Assembly: GCA_965153355.1 (NCBI GenBank) | Contig: OZ231126.1 | Location: 22,630,001 to 22,694,000 of the forward strand | Direction of reading: 5' to 3' | Source of the DNA: Flaccisagitta enflata | Lineage: Eukaryota | Length of the DNA: 64,000 bases | Shown: positions 16,519 through 31,500 of the stretch, piece by piece | Layout of the letters: the number at the start of each line of letters is the position of its first letter | Numbering within the stretch: position 1 is the stretch's first letter | The notes under the pieces: model-generated | Databases searched by the model: none | What the model saw: only the letters and a program-made list of their open reading frames with translations | Told to the model about the DNA's origin: nothing | Made by a program: the position numbers and the translations under genes

Positions 16519-17457
16519 TTGCTCGGTCTGTCAAATCGCACCACTTAACCTTTAAGACCTTTAAAACGTTTTAGCTCATTGTCGAGGTTATTTTGGGAAA
16601 TTTGCTGAAGTCATTCAAGGACAACTGGCATAGTTTTGTCATTTTCAGAATGTCTTTTTTTAGGTGCGCCATAGCACATCTATAAGAGGCTCTGTCCATC
16701 AGTTGGTCGGATGGTGGGTCGGTTTGGCACGCTTGATTGGAAATTGGCAGAAAATGTTTGAAATCAATCAAAAACTCATCTCGATCATCATGGCGTTTCA
16801 TTCATTATCATATTCAGATATGGTTAGGTCTGAATGAGCTTGGGTTAGGTCTCATAGAGCACAGAATAGGGCTAGGGGGATAGAGCTAGGGAAAGGTCTA
16901 GGGAGTGATAACGCCCGTTTTTTTTTTCTTTTTTTCTTTTTGCGTCATTTAAGCCATTTTTTGTTATTTCTAATCTATGAAGTCACTTATTGTAATTTCA
17001 CTAACGGCCCCAGCCTCGCATATCAGACAATAAATAAAGCTCATTCGGATGTCAAGTAAGCGCACGGAACATACAAGTTTTGGCTTTGTTCCCTCATAAT
17101 CAGCATTGACAAGATCGTTGACATGTTTCGTTGACTCATTCCTAATTTGGTTTGTCGTTTTTCATTCAGTACGGATTCCTACAGTAAAACTTTTTTGTAA
17201 CAAAAAGATTGAAAAATCATAACATGAAAAATATTGGTCATGGAAGATTCTGCTTGGCGCCAAATGAAATTGAAATCAAATTTACTTACCCTATCAATTT
17301 TATTTGAGGCCTTCATTCGTTGATTCAGTGCCAGAGTTCCCTCATGAGGAAATGAAAACCATACTTCTCTGTAATATGCTGAAAAGTCGAAGAACGACTT
17401 TAACTTTTTCGCGATAAAGGTAGAAAAAAATGTCTAGTATGGAGTGTAGTGAATAGA

Positions 17458-17972
17458 CAGTCAGTGGACAAAACACTATAGGCATATACATATCACTCCG
17501 CTGGTTTTGATCCAACTCACTGATAGCAAACAGAATGCTGTAAACAACAACTGGTTGTTAAAATTACAGCTGGCTGTTAACTTACAATGTTGGCAAAAAT
17601 TCAACTTTCATCAAATAGAATGAGACCTGCAGATTTATAATCCTGATGAAATTCTGAAAAGTTTGATATGTCACACTTAACACTTTTTTTCAACATTATG
17701 TTATAATTAGATTAAACATTGATAAAAGGTTTTTATTTTCATATAAAAGTATATAGTGTGACACATCAAATTTTTCAAAATTTCATCAGGATTATGAATC
17801 TGCAGGTCTCATTCTATTTGGTGAAAGTTGGATTTTTACCAACTTTGTAACGTAACAGCCGATTATAATTTCAACAACCAGTCGTTGTTTACAGCATTCT
17901 GTTCAACATCTGTGGGTTAGATTAAAACAAACGGAGTGATATATATACCTATTGTGTATTGTCCGCTGACTG
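17458..17972. mobile_element. Palindromic MITE (Tc1/mariner-like CAGT ends)
   Basis: CAGTCAGTGGACAA... / ...TTGTCCGCTGACTG|TA; arms of about 220 bp are inverted copies. Confidence 0.8.
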
Positions 17973-18614
17973 TAGAGACGCGCGGTGAAATCGATTTGTT
18001 TGATCATGTTGCAATTTTAAAATAACAATCATTGGCCGGTTTTGCCTATCAAAAAACACCATTTATTGGTTTAAAAGTAATCGGTTACCGCCAGCGCCAT
18101 CTGGAACCGGAAGTCATGTGGCGATCAAAAAGCGCGTCAAGATTGCATCGAAATCATAGCGGAAATGCTCCGCCGCATGACCCTAGTAGTAAAGTATGGA
18201 GTGAAGATGATCGAAGAGGCGTGGCTTATGGACGCATAGTGGTCACCAAAGCAAATGAGGTAGGTGATTCGTCAACTGGTATCATGATTCGCCGAATTGG
18301 GGCATTGATAGGCCATACACTCTACTGTGAAAATAATCAAATGGTACGATGTAATTTGTTGCACTTTAAAGCAGTCTGACCGTCTAATGGTACAGTACAA
18401 CTGTACAAATGGTGTTTTACTGTATACAGTATTCCATATAAGGATACAAAATGAAACCTTATGGCATAGTGATAAGATGTTGTACTTAAGGGGACTGTTC
18501 ATTTGTAAAAGAAGCAAATGTTTGGAGAGGCCTCCCATTAGATGATCTGAGTGCCGATATGCGTCTGGCGATCGTCTCTTGGCATATGCTCTAAAAAACC
18601 TCATTTGTTATATA

Positions 18615-18722
18615 TGTTGCATATGCAACACGTGTTGCATATGCAACACGTGTTGCATATGCAACACGTGTTGCAAATGCAACACGTGTTGCAACTGCGA
18701 CACGTGTTGCATATGCAACACG
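18615..18722. repeat. Tandem array of 18-bp self-complementary unit TGTTGCATATGCAACACG (6 copies)
   Basis: Directly visible; copies 4 and 5 carry substitutions. Confidence 0.95.
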
Positions 18723-19767
18723 TTTTTCTGCTCAATACCTTATGTGTTACAAATGCAATACATGACTTAGAGGTTCTAGTGATTACCACTCGAGGGTAGC
18801 AGATAGATTTTTTTCTCAGCAATTTTTTGCGATGTTGACCCTTAGACCTGCAATCAGGGTTTTCAAAGGGTCAAATATGTCATGTTTATGGCTTTTGAAG
18901 GACCAACAAGATGAAATTGATATCTTGTAAGATATGAGCCTCGCTTGTGAACCAAGTAGCAGATCAACAGTTACAGTACATGAACATAGATAAACTCTTC
19001 CTGACATGTCACAACCATTGACCTTTCAAACAACACTCACTCCAAAACTCTAACCAACAACTTCTACCAACAACCCTGATCAACAACTCAAATCAAAAAC
19101 TATATCCAATAACCCCAACCACTGCTCTGACCAGTAGCTCCAACCCCGGCCAACACCTCTTACCCATAACTCTGACCAAATCTGATCCACAACTTCAAAC
19201 TAGAACTCCAACCAACAGCTCCAACCTGCAACGCCAACCTATGTCTGTCAGCAAGAACTCCCACCAACAGCTACCAATAGCTCTTACCATCAACACATAC
19301 AACTCCCACAACTTAAACATCATGTACACTGTTGACCTGCCTAGAATAAAACGTCCTCTATCGATACCAGGATTCCACTCAACCTTTCTCTGAAAGGTCC
19401 TTTCAGTACTCATTTTCAGACAAGCACAACTGTGTGCACAGACGTTTGGCGAGGACGCTAATGAAAGTTGTTTGGCCTCACTTGAGGCAAAGTCATCTTT
19501 TTATTTGTAATGAAATTCTAGACCGAAACAGTAACAGTCAGCAGTATAATAGCTGCCTGCTTGCGGTTGGGCAGGGGCAGTGATTCTAAAACAATTGATA
19601 CTTTGATCAACAGCTATACAGAAAGACTAAGAGAAACAATTAGGTTGGATAAATGGCTTCTTTAGTCGCAAAGGGAGAGGCTGGGGCAGTGATGACAGGC
19701 TTAGCAAGGACTGGGCAGAACCAGTGATTCTAAAATATTCCCGACACTAAATGACAATGTAACTGAT

Positions 19768-20282
19768 TTGGGTGCTTCACATAGCAAAAGTTGGTTACTT
19801 CTTTTCACCCTCTTTACCTAATGTGGAGTGGCTAAATTTAGAACCCTTACCATTTCTATTTCATCAAAAATTGTTTATCTTTTGTTTTTTAGAAAATTGT
19901 TTTTAAGGACCTAATTTGTATAATGCAGTGCGATAAAACAATATGCTGACATTCTTTGAATTAACTTTTACAAATTTTTACTCTTCATAGAATTGTTAAT
20001 CTGCCTTTTCATGAGCTCTTTCATAGCTTATATTCTTATATCTTAGTTTATTTTTACAAATATCATGATTTTCTAAAACAAATAATTGTCCTTTTTGTAA
20101 CAAAACTACACAGGATTTTGCTGAATTCAGGGAAATCTGTGGAAACTTTAGGGCCAAAACAAAAACAGAAGATGAAAGAATTTTGAAAAAATAAAAATGG
20201 TCATCTTTATGATTTTTGCTTCTTCACATTACCCAAGTAGAGCGAAGGGAAACTCCCAACTTTTGCTATGTGAAGCACCCAA
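19768..20282. mobile_element. MITE with 27-bp perfect TIR and 9-bp TSD (Mutator-like)
   Basis: TTGGGTGCTTCACATAGCAAAAGTTGG and its reverse complement; flanks GTAACTGAT / GTAATTGAT (1 mismatch). Confidence 0.78.
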
Positions 20283-21761
20283 GTAATTGATGTACTGGTA
20301 GTTACTGGCATGTTTTAGGAAATAACTTGCCAACTGAGGCCATTATACAATTAGTCATCCGAGGATCGCACATGGTCAGCGGAACATGATGCCCTGTAGT
20401 GGAGTGAGGGAAGGGAAGTTGCCCCATATGGCTGATGTCCTGTAAGACACAGGGGTGAATTTTGAGACGTCCTGGGGCAGATTTGAATTTAGTTCAAAGA
20501 AGCAGATTTGAGGTTGGGGGGGGGCAGGACCTGATTTTAGGCCTGGAGGGTGGATTTGAGGTCTGGAGGGCTGATTTGAGGTCTTGAGGGCAGACATGAG
20601 GTCTGGAGAGCTGACCTGAGCTCTCAAGGGCTAAATTGAGGTCTGAGAGGGCTAATATGAGGGTTCAGAGGGTAAAAATCAAGCCTGAGACTGCAGACTT
20701 GAGGCTCCAATAGCCAAGGGGGGGGCGGAGGACAGATGGACCAATGGAAGGACGAACGGGGGGGGGGACAGAAGGACAGATGGACCAATGGAAGGACGAA
20801 CGGACGGATGGACATCTCAAAATTCCCCCTGTGTCCTACAGGTAATTTGAACTAGGGAATGATGATTTTTAGTTGCGGACACACGACTCAACACCTTGCA
20901 GTGTCAGTCAGTAGGTCGGTTAGTCGGTGTGTTGGTCGGTCTGTCACATCTTTGAATTTCAGGTGGTTTTCGCATTACAGTACTGCCCCTGCCTAACCGT
21001 CTGCGACTGTCTTGCTGTGTATCCAGCCTTGTTTTTGGTGGATGATGCATTGATGCAATAGCGTGATTCACTGAAAAACTAATGTTTTACGGTGTGAATG
21101 TATTTCTACAATATGCTTGCTGTTTCCCGGAAACGTATTCAGCCTTATTTACATCCATTTCGGCAGTGTTAGTTCCCAACGCGTAATAAAGAATGTGATC
21201 AACACGCATAGTTTTCAATGAAGATTTGCACAATCTTTCCGTCTTTACATCAATTTTTCTCGTTTTTGTTCGTTTTGGAACCTGAGAGACGATGATCGAT
21301 GAAAACAAGTATCATATTTGCACTTATATGCAGAAACAAATACAAACACGCGCACACTCAAACACACACACACACAACCGCGCGCACCTGAGTGGAAAAA
21401 AATGCGTTCGTACAATTCTTGGATCATGCGTTACAGACCCACAGATGGACTGAGCGACCTATGAACAGACAGATAGACAAAAGCTTTCATAGATTACACA
21501 GGTTACCCAAGTCGCGTGCGGGTGGGAAGGGGCAGTGATGAAATAGACCAGCTAGGCAGTTGGGCAGGAGCTGTAACCCCAAAACCACCCGTAAACGCCA
21601 AAAAAGCGAAGTGTTACCGACCGACAGGCGGACCGACGGACAGAGCGGGTTGTAGAGTCACGTACACGCGACTAGAAATAGATATGATAATGAAGAAAGA
21701 TGTAGATATAGATCTGAATAATTATAAGACTTGTTAGTTTTTTACAAGACACTCATGCAAG

Positions 21762-21834
<73 letters not shown>

Positions 21835-21919
21835 GCGCGCGCGAAGAATGAAGAAAGATGTAAATATAGATCTGAATAATTATAAGACTTGTTAGTTTTT
21901 TACAAGACACTCATTCAAG

Positions 21920-21990
<71 letters not shown>

Positions 21991-22020
21991 GCGCACACAC
22001 AGACACACTCACAGACTTAC

Positions 22021-22110
22021 CTGACATCGCCAAACTCCGCTGATGCTGTCTTTATTGCTTGTGTCTTGCCGCCAGACGTGCCTAACTGTAATCGCCGAAT
22101 CATGTATGTA
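22021..22110 (-). other. Exon-like segment of an unidentified minus-strand transcript or pseudogene
   Basis: Minus-strand acceptor tcctttttcattgattaCAG| and donor CAG|GTAAGT around 90 nt; one frame (TYMIRRLQLGTSGGKTQAIKTASAEFGDV) would splice in phase to 21281-21245 (RFQNEQKREKLM*). No recognisable homology. Confidence 0.35.
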
Positions 22111-22151
22111 CTGTAATCAATGAAAAAGGATCAATTGACCTCCGCAAGCCC

Positions 22152-22248
<97 letters not shown>

Positions 22249-22903
22249 TGTGTGTGTGTGTGTGCACTGTGCATCGTCATCATCAATATCATTGTCATCA
22301 TTGTCATTGTCGTCATCATCGTCATCGTTATCATCATCATCATCATCATCATCATCATCTTCATCATCATCATCATCATCATCAAAATCATCATTGTGAT
22401 CATGATAGGCACTGCACAAGCTTGTCAAGCTATATACAACGTCGAACTGTTAATTTCTGCATCATCATCATCATCATCATCACCATCATCAACCTCATCA
22501 TCATCATCATCTTTGTCATTGTTTTCGTCGTCGTTTTAGTCGTCGTCATGATCGTCGTCGTTGTCATTGTCATCATCATCATCCCGACTGTACCGAGCCA
22601 TTCAGAGGACACTGTTTCACGGCAGAGCTCTGTGGTCGCCGATTGACATAAGATCCGCTTCCCTAGCTCGAGCTTTGCTTCCAATGCCTTTTTTGCTAGG
22701 TATTGATGCGAGATGGGCCTGCAGTTCCCTATCAAAAAATAATTACATTATCGATAAGGGAGGATTTCTTTGTCTCTGTCTTTGTCTCTATCGCTGTCTC
22801 TATCTCTGTCTTCATCTCTTACTCTGTCTCTATCTCTGTCTCTCTTTCTGTCCCTATTTCTGTCTCTGATTCTATCTCTGTGTCCATCTGTCTGTATTTA
22901 TCC

Positions 22904-22976
<73 letters not shown>

Positions 22977-23836
22977 CATCATTTTATTTTGTTTCCGCAA
23001 CTTTTTTGGTTGCGGACACGCAACTCTATATGAGGCTTTGTCCGTCCGTCGGTCGGTCTGTCGGTCGGTCGGTCTGTCGGTCATGGTGATCGAGTTGATA
23101 ATGAGCGTTTTTGATACTTTCTTTGTATGTTTGAGTGTTGGACGTGGGTTGGATTGTGGATGGGGGTTGGATGCCCCTGCCCACCCGTCCGCAACAATAT
23201 TGTGACCCCGCGTCACTTGTTATCAATAGGTTGATGACAACGGCGACGATTGACGATTAGGCGCAAAACGGTCCGCCCAGACCTAGCCCTTGCTCAGGTT
23301 ACCATTGCGTCCTCCCCCCTCCGCATCGATATAATTTCCCTTTGTTTTTTACCTGCACCTGCATCCATCTTTCTTGACTTGTCTTATCATCTGCGTCTCG
23401 CCATGTTCATCTCCCTGATGTCGATGTCATCAATGCTGAAGTCACCTGCTCAAAGGAAGCAAAAAACAAGGCTGCATACACAAACCCCAGTCAGGAACGA
23501 GTAGCCAGGGGTAGTATAGAAAAAAAATGCTTCCATTTTGAAACAAGGCCGGATACACGGCTACCCTAATCGCGTGCGGGTGGGCAGGGGCAGTGATGGA
23601 GAAGGTCACTAAAGCATTTGCGCAGGAGCAGTAAGCTCAAAACACAAAAAAAAACGCCAAAAGGTATAATGGGGACCAACCACCGACTGACTGACCGATC
23701 AACCGATGGACGGATGGACAAGTAGCATGTGATTAAAAGAGTCACAGACCAACCTGCCGACTGGCCGACTGACACAGCAAGTTATCATCATGAACATGAT
23801 TGTCATCATCAACATTGTCATCATCATCATCATCAA

Positions 23837-23870
<34 letters not shown>

Positions 23871-24353
23871 GTCGTCGTTGTCGTCATCATAATCATCATC
23901 ATCATCATCATCATAATCATCACGAGGTCACTGAGTTACATAGTATTACTGTTTCAGAGCAGCCCTGATGTGACTCTTCGTAGGTTTTGCTTCCAATCAC
24001 GCCGGCGCCTGTCTTAATCTCGAGCACTCACTTAGTCGCCTGTATGCAGAACATTAAAACAAGGCCAAGTGAAGGCCAATAAGTGCGCCTCGCTTGATTA
24101 AGATTTTGTGAATGAACGTTTTTGATGAATGAATGAATGTATGAATGAATGAATGAATGAATGAATGAATGAATGAATGATTGAATGAATGAATATGACT
24201 GTGATGAGGCATGAAAGGTGATAGGAATGAAGAAATACGTCAGAATCAGCCGTTTTGCGCATTTCAAACGTTTGCGTGACCGACCAACCAACCGACCAAC
24301 CAACCGACCGACGGACATGACCTCTTATAGAAGTGCTCTCACTTAAAAATCTT

Positions 24354-24455
<102 letters not shown>

Positions 24456-24618
24456 GCCCAGCCTGGTCACCCGGCCCTGGTTAATCCTTGGTCGCGTGCT
24501 ACGCGACTCAGGAGCTGACTTTAAACTTTGTCTGTCTGTCAGACCATCCATACTCCATAGGTCCATCAAAGGTTGATTTTAGAGCAAATACACAGAGAGG
24601 CAATCACTCTCTCACACT

Positions 24619-24713
<95 letters not shown>

Positions 24714-25528
24714 ACACACACAAACTCACAGAGGCCGGAGATATATCTGTCTTTTACAGTTTTACTTTAAACTGGCACCTAAATTTCTGACCATCTTTCA
24801 TCCTTTGTGTCTGAATCTGTGTTTCGCCATATCCGTCTTCCTGATGTTAACGCTTTGTGCCAATACCTAGAAGAAGAAAAAAACTCAATTTTTCAGTGTC
24901 ATCGTCGTTGTAATCGATGTTTTCATCATCGTCTTTGTCATTGTCATCATAGATTCATCATCATCATCATCCTGATCATGACAGGCACTCCACAAGCTTG
25001 TCAAGCTCTATTCAACATGGTTGAACTGTTAATTTTTGTTTCATCATCATCATCGTCGTCATTGTCATCATCATCCAAACTGTACCGAGCCATCTTGAGG
25101 ACACTGGTTCACTTCAGCTGTGATAGCCAATTGGCGGAAAGTCCGCTTCTGTAGCTTATGTTTCACGTCCAATGCCTTCTTTTTCTGGTATTGATGCGAG
25201 ATGAGCCTAACACTGCAGTTGCCTATTAAAAGAACAATTATATTATCAATGAGGGAGGACTGTCTCTATCTCTGTCTTTATCTCCGTCTTTATCTCCGTC
25301 TCTATCTCCGTCTCTATCTCTGTCTCTATCTCTGTCTCTATCTCTGTCTCTATCTTTGTCTCTATCTTTGTCTCTATCTCTGTCTCTATCTCTGTCTCTA
25401 TCTCTGTCTCAATCTCTGTCTCAATCTCTGTCTCAATCTCTGTCTCTATCTTTGTCTCTCTCTTAGTCTCTATCTTTGACTCTCTCTTTATCTCTGTCTC
25501 TATCTCTGTCTCTATTTCTGTCTCTCTC

Positions 25529-25637
<109 letters not shown>

Positions 25638-26515
25638 AGACATTGTTTGTTCAATTGTTTGCTCAAGTGTTCGTTTGTTTGTCTGTCTATCCATAGATTT
25701 GTTCATGCCTTCGTTGTATTAGTCGACAATGCATGTCAGTTATCCTCACATTTTTGCGTAAAGAACCTGTTTGAGACGTGGATGTGCGAAAGTTAAGGTG
25801 ATTGTTTCCAGCAACAGAAACCAACTTCGTGTATTGCATAAAAAGAAAAAGAATGAAAAAAATGAAATGAATTCTGGATTGGCTCTTGAATATCCAATCG
25901 TTGTTTCTTCTCAGCATCAAGAATTTCTATAACAACTTTCTTTGCAGGGTTAGCAGCTTAGAACTTACATCACATTTGATAGTGACAGGGGCACTCATCA
26001 GTTCTTACTCACTGAATCGGGTAACATTAAGGTCACCCGTGAAAAGCTCTAGTCATAAATATTTCTACTCAGCTTGAAGTGGCAAACATAATTAGATAAT
26101 AAAATTTTTTTGTTAATTACATGTCCACTTCATATTAATATACATGTGATGGTAAACACAAAAAAAATATAAAAAAAAATTGACCAGTTTTTTTTTGTAC
26201 TACAGCAACAGCAACAGCAACAGCGCATGTCATGGTTAAATTCTACATGTTTTAGTGTCCCTAGATCATTCACTAAAAGAAGCATTTTTCATTGCGCTTA
26301 AGTCTAACGTTAACACCAAATGGTAGGGTCAATAGCTCTTTATTGCAGACCGGAATTCATACACGCTCACTGGCACAGTGACAGCCATTGCTCTTTAAGC
26401 CGAATGGTAGGGTGAGCCTTCACATTTACCCCAGTATACCAATTGGTAGTATTTCGACTTAACCACAGGGGTCTGTGCGTCGTCCTTTAAGCATCATTCG
26501 CTGGCTGTTAGCATA

Positions 26516-26765
26516 ATGTATGGATTTGAATTTGTAGCTTTGATCCTACCTTTTCTCATTGAAAAGGTACTAAGAAAACGACTGAGCGATTCCCTCACTG
26601 CTTTGGGCACTGAATGGGTGGACTGGTGCAAATCCAACATGGCAACCATACAGCAATACCATCCCTACAGGGGCATGAAGAAATTAAAGACGGAAAATTA
26701 TGTGCCCGATTTGGAAAGCGCCGATATCTGTTTCTTAACCTTTGTCATGACCGAGAAACCGGAAG
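26516..26765 (+). CDS. Exon 1 (5' boundary uncertain) of HEPN-TIR gene; N-terminal half of DZIP3-like HEPN domain
   Basis: Open frame ...KVLRKRLSDSLTALGTEWVDWCKSNMATIQQYHPYRGMKKLKTENYVPDLESADICFLTFVMTEKPE; VLRK..L and DICFL resemble the 'vLR.lf' and 'DITLL' motifs of DZIP3-type HEPN domains. Donor G|GTAGG at 26765/26766 (phase 1) fits the next exon. Start is either the ATG at 26516 or an acceptor (ttttctcattgaaaAG|) giving exon start 26567 with an unidentified upstream exon. Confidence 0.7.
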
Positions 26766-27318
26766 GTAGGAATTTCAATGGTCATCTTCACAGAGCCGAT
26801 TGAATGAGCCCCTGTTTCTTTTTGGAAAGAAAGCCTCTTTAAAAAAGTGAAGGCCTCAATCTGCATTTAAGGCCTACTACCTAGGACAAAAGTCTATGTT
26901 CACTTAAGGAATAAGTACATTATGCAAAACATCTGAAATAATGAACCTCACTCTTTTAATTGCTTTATTCACTTTTTGTTATTTCCGGTCCTGGCTCTGG
27001 AATACTTAAAATACTTGCCTAAATGGGAAATCCAAATGTATTCCAGTTGAACATTTTTTTCTCTTGTCAGCCTGTGGCGTGACATTTTTTCCTCAGTTAG
27101 GAAAAAGAAAAAAAAGATTTTGAAAGAAAAAATCTAATGCTGGCAAAGCTAAAACAATATGAGGTTCACCTACAAAATAAGTGTTCTCCAATGTATATCA
27201 ATAAAGTGAGGTGCTTCTTTTTTGGAGAACATTATTGGATGTCCCGCCTAATCTGTGACTGCTTCCATTTGACATAGTAACAATTTGCGAAACCTCAACA
27301 CATAATCCTGACAAGAAA

Positions 27319-27920
27319 CAGTACAATGGGAGCAAAGACGACCTAGACTGGAGGATAGATTTAACCTATTATAATTTTATTTGATTTAAGAAAAAAATTA
27401 AAATCTGTGCTAATTAGAGGTTGCTCTATTGCTTGAATATGTTAGCTTTTCTCATTTTTTAACTTGTGACTTGACTTCATGAGGACTTCATTTTTTCAAC
27501 ATTCTTGCCTTGCCTATCAGATTGGGCTAAAAATTTTATTCAATTTTGAAAAAGAATCAACTCAATTGGACCATTTTTACAGGTTTTACAGCTATTTTTC
27601 TAAAAAAACAATTTTGTAAATCAATATCTGGGCAAAGGTTAAAACAGGCATAAAACCTGTGAAAATAGTCCGATTGAATTGATTTTTTTTTCAAAATTAT
27701 ATAAAATTTTCTGCCTGATCTGATAAGCTAGGTTTTGAACATTGTAAAATAAAGTCCTGATGAAGTCAACTCACAAATTGAAGAATGAGAAAAGCCAAAA
27801 TATTAAAGCAATAGAGCAACCTTTGATTAGCGTAGATCTCAATTCCCTTATTCATCAAATAGAAATAAGATGCCAAGAATCTATCCTCCAGTCTAGGTCG
27901 TCTTTGCTCCCAGCGTACTG
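27319..27920. mobile_element. Palindromic MITE (CAGT ends) in intron 1
   Basis: CAGTACAATGGGAGCAAAGACGACCTAGACTGGAGGATAGATT vs AATCTATCCTCCAGTCTAGGTCGTCTTTGCTCCCAGCGTACTG|TA; the whole element is an imperfect palindrome. Confidence 0.8.
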
Positions 27921-28530
27921 TATGTCACAAGATCTTTCGCGCAACTTTTTTTGCTGTTCAGTTGATATTACTCATACTTCCTACTCTAAATACTTACTTG
28001 AGCAAAAGTTTTTAACAAGAATAAGATCGGGACTGTAAATGGGACGCTCCTATACCAGTGCGTACAAAAAAATCCATAATGACTGACAAAATCTATCATG
28101 ATTCTACATTTTACATGATTTTGATAAAGTTATGTCATCATAAAATCGCTCTCATTTCTAAATGCTTTGAGCTATGAAGACGTAATTGGTCCAAAAAGCT
28201 AAATGGTAGATCTCTTGAAGTACAGTAGTTTCTAAATCTCACCTATTTTTTCAACTTATCTTTACTAAGACCATTATAGTTATCACTTCTTATTGGTAAA
28301 CATAGAATTGTATCCTAGGTAGCATATTACTATCTTGCTAATAAGTATATCAACATCTGAAGAGTGGTGCTCCTATACAAATAAAGTTATAATTACCAGA
28401 TTGGTCGCAATTTAACGAGTTAAAACAAATATTAAAAGTGAGACCAATCTGATTATTATAGCTTTAATTATTTAAGAGCAACACTCTTCCAAAGTTGATG
28501 CTTCTTTTGAGATGGTGATATATTTATTAG

Positions 28531-31500
28531 ATGGGGGTGAAAAATTTTTTTTTGGTCATAGAAAGATTTGCATCGGTGAAAAGTTTACTTTTTATGCCTA
28601 CTTTGAGATGAAAAAAAATTTGGGCCTTATTTCCCAATTTCCTATACCCAGGAGCACTTTTAGTGCCCCCCCTTTTAGGGGGTGTGAAGCAGTAGCAAAA
28701 CAAAGGCCAAATTTCTGATTGTTCACCTTGTTTTCTCTGCTACTTCCTGACAGATTGCTAAAAAACCTTGGAGCTGGTCTTATTTGAAAGATATTAAGTA
28801 GTAGAACATGAAATGAGGCAAGGTAGCCTAATGGGGTCCCTTGGGGGCCCTCCAGGGGTCCTTAAAAGGCCCCCAAATGACCAAAGTAGCTGAAAATGGC
28901 CAAAATAATGAGAGTTTTGTGGTTGTTTCTTTTCAAATGTTATTGGGGAGGAAAATTTCATGTAGAGATACTGTCACCTGGTGTAGGAAAACAAAATAAA
29001 AGATAAGGGGCCCCTCAGGGACCTATTCATGGGGCCCTCATTAAAACCCAAAATGCTTAAAATGAGGAAAAATGATTTAAATCTAATTATTTTTGCAATT
29101 TTTTGACTTTTTTGACCATGAAAGGCTTACATTTCTTTTAAGCTACCCTCAACTAGTGCAGCAGGACCAGATAAGAATAAAAGCTAGGACTGAGGACCTC
29201 TTTTAGTCCCCCCCTTATAGGGGGTGCAAGGCATCACCAAAACAAAAGCCAGATTAATGATTGTTCAACTTGTTTTTTTTTTTTGCTACTTCTTGACAAA
29301 TTGGTGAAAAACCTTGGGGCTAGTCTTGTTTGAAAGATATTATGTAGAAGAACATGAAGTAACGCAAGGTAGCTTAGTAGGGTGCCTGAAGGGCCCTCCA
29401 GGGATCCTCAAAGGGCCCCCAAATGACCAAAACAGCTGAAAATGGCCAAAATAATGAGTATTGTGGTTGTTTCTTTTTAAATGTTGTTGGGGAGGAAAAT
29501 TTAATGTAGAGATACTGTCACCTGGTATAGGAAATCAAAATAAAAGGTTAGGGGCCCCTTAGGGACCTATTTTAGGGGCCCCCAATAGACCCCAAAATGT
29601 TTGAAATGGAAAAAATGACCAAAATCTAATTATTTTTGTGATTTTTTGTCTTCTTTGATAATGAAGGGCCTAATATCTTTTCAGCTACCCTCATCTAGTG
29701 CTGCAGGACTTAATAAGAATAAAAGCTAGAACCAAGGACCCCGTTTAGTGCCCTTTCCATTTAGGAGGTGCAAGGTATCTCAAAAACAAAAGCCAAATCA
29801 AACTTTTAAAGATTGTTCACCTTTTTTTCTTTGCTTCATCTTGACAAATTGGTAAAACACCTTGGGGCTGATCTTTGTTGAAGTATTATAAGTAGCAAAA
29901 TATAAAACAAGGCATGGCAAAAAAATGAGGGTTTAGTGGTTGTTTCTTCCTAAATGTTATTGAGGAAGAAAATTTTATGTCACCTGGTATAGGAAGTATA
30001 AGAAAGGTCAGGGTCCCTCAGGGACTTTCTATACCCAAAAAAAAATACTAGGCAATACTAGCTGATACAGGTACCACTCCTAGTTTTCCATGAAACAGAA
30101 TCCTTTCTCATCCACCCCAAAAACACACTGCTTCCCAATAATAGTTTACGGAAAATGATTGTTTCCTATTTAACCAAAATTAAGCAAATCACCCAATGGT
30201 AACACAGTTAGAAACCATACCCTTAAGAGGGTCGCATTGAGGTCAAGCTCAATGGGCCCGCCGGACAGTCTAATCCAAGGTATTGAGTAGTATGATAGGT
30301 AGAACAATATCCCTCCCTATATCCAACCTGAAATTATTTAAAGAGGACCTTGTGAACCCTCACTGACTTATTAATATGCGCAACACTCCTAGTTTGCTAT
30401 GTAACAGAATCAGAAAAACAAACTCTCATCTACCCCAAAAGCAAACTGCTCCCCAACAGTAAAAGGATTGACCTGTTAGCTGCTGCATTTCATGCTTTTA
30501 AAATCAATTCTGCAATATGACATACAATTTGATGTACAATGGTGGTTTAACAGTTTTTTTTTGTTTTCTTTAAGGAGGGTTTGGGTCTGGGGAAAAAATA
30601 AAAGGCCATGAAAGGAGAAAAAGAAAAATCTTTTGAAGATTACCTTTATGATAGTTCCAAAAGACAATGTTTGATCACTTGAACTCAAATTTTAACTATT
30701 CTGATCTAATTTTTCTGTATTTTTACTAAGTAGGATAGAAAATCAAGGACCAACTTTGCTCACCTCTTAGCAATCATGAACTGATTCAATGTGTATTCTT
30801 CAAGGTTCAAGCTGCAAGTCTGCATGAGTGACAGCAGCTATCAAATTATTGATTCTTTATCTAAATCATATCATGTATGGAAAAGAGTGGTGCACATATT
30901 AACTACTCAGTGAGGGTTCACAAGGCCCTTTTCCATTAGTTTCAGTTAGGGTATAGTGAGGGATATTGTTCCACCTGTCATATGATATATGATATAGTAA
31001 TCAATTACTCAATCATCAAACAGACAGTAAATAGGTGCCTCTGGATAGGTTCAACAGGGGTTATCGGCCTTCACTGATTCTTATCTAGTTCTGCTGCACT
31101 GGATGAAGTTAGCTAAACAGATAACTAGGCACTTCATTGGCAAAAAAGACAAAAATTATCAAAAACTTAAATTTTTGTCATTTTTGCCTGTTTTAAGCTT
31201 TTTGGGGCTCTTTGAGGCTCCTCAAGTAGGCAACGGAGGAGCCCTCGACCTTGTCTTTTGTTCCCTTACACCGGGTGACAGTATCTCTACATTAAATTTT
31301 CCTTCCTAATGACATTTAAGAAGAAACAACCACAAAACTCTTTATTTTTGCCATTTTCAGCTATTTTGGTTGTTTGGGGGGCCGTTTGAGGACTCCTGGA
31401 TGGCCCCCCAGGCTACCCTATAGGCTACCTTATGTCATTTCACGTTCTTTTACTTTATCTTTCAAACAAGACTAGCCCCAAGGTTTTTCACCAATTTGTC

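Noticed and set aside
18579-18770. Cys-rich (CCICNT)n ORFs on both strands resembling metallothionein
   Set aside because: By-product of the 18-bp palindromic array; the same peptide appears on both strands.
25915-25948. Possible small upstream exon (IKNFYNNFLCR) that would splice in phase to 26567
   Set aside because: Plausible, but the donor is weak and no upstream exon with a start codon was found; left as 5'-end uncertainty.
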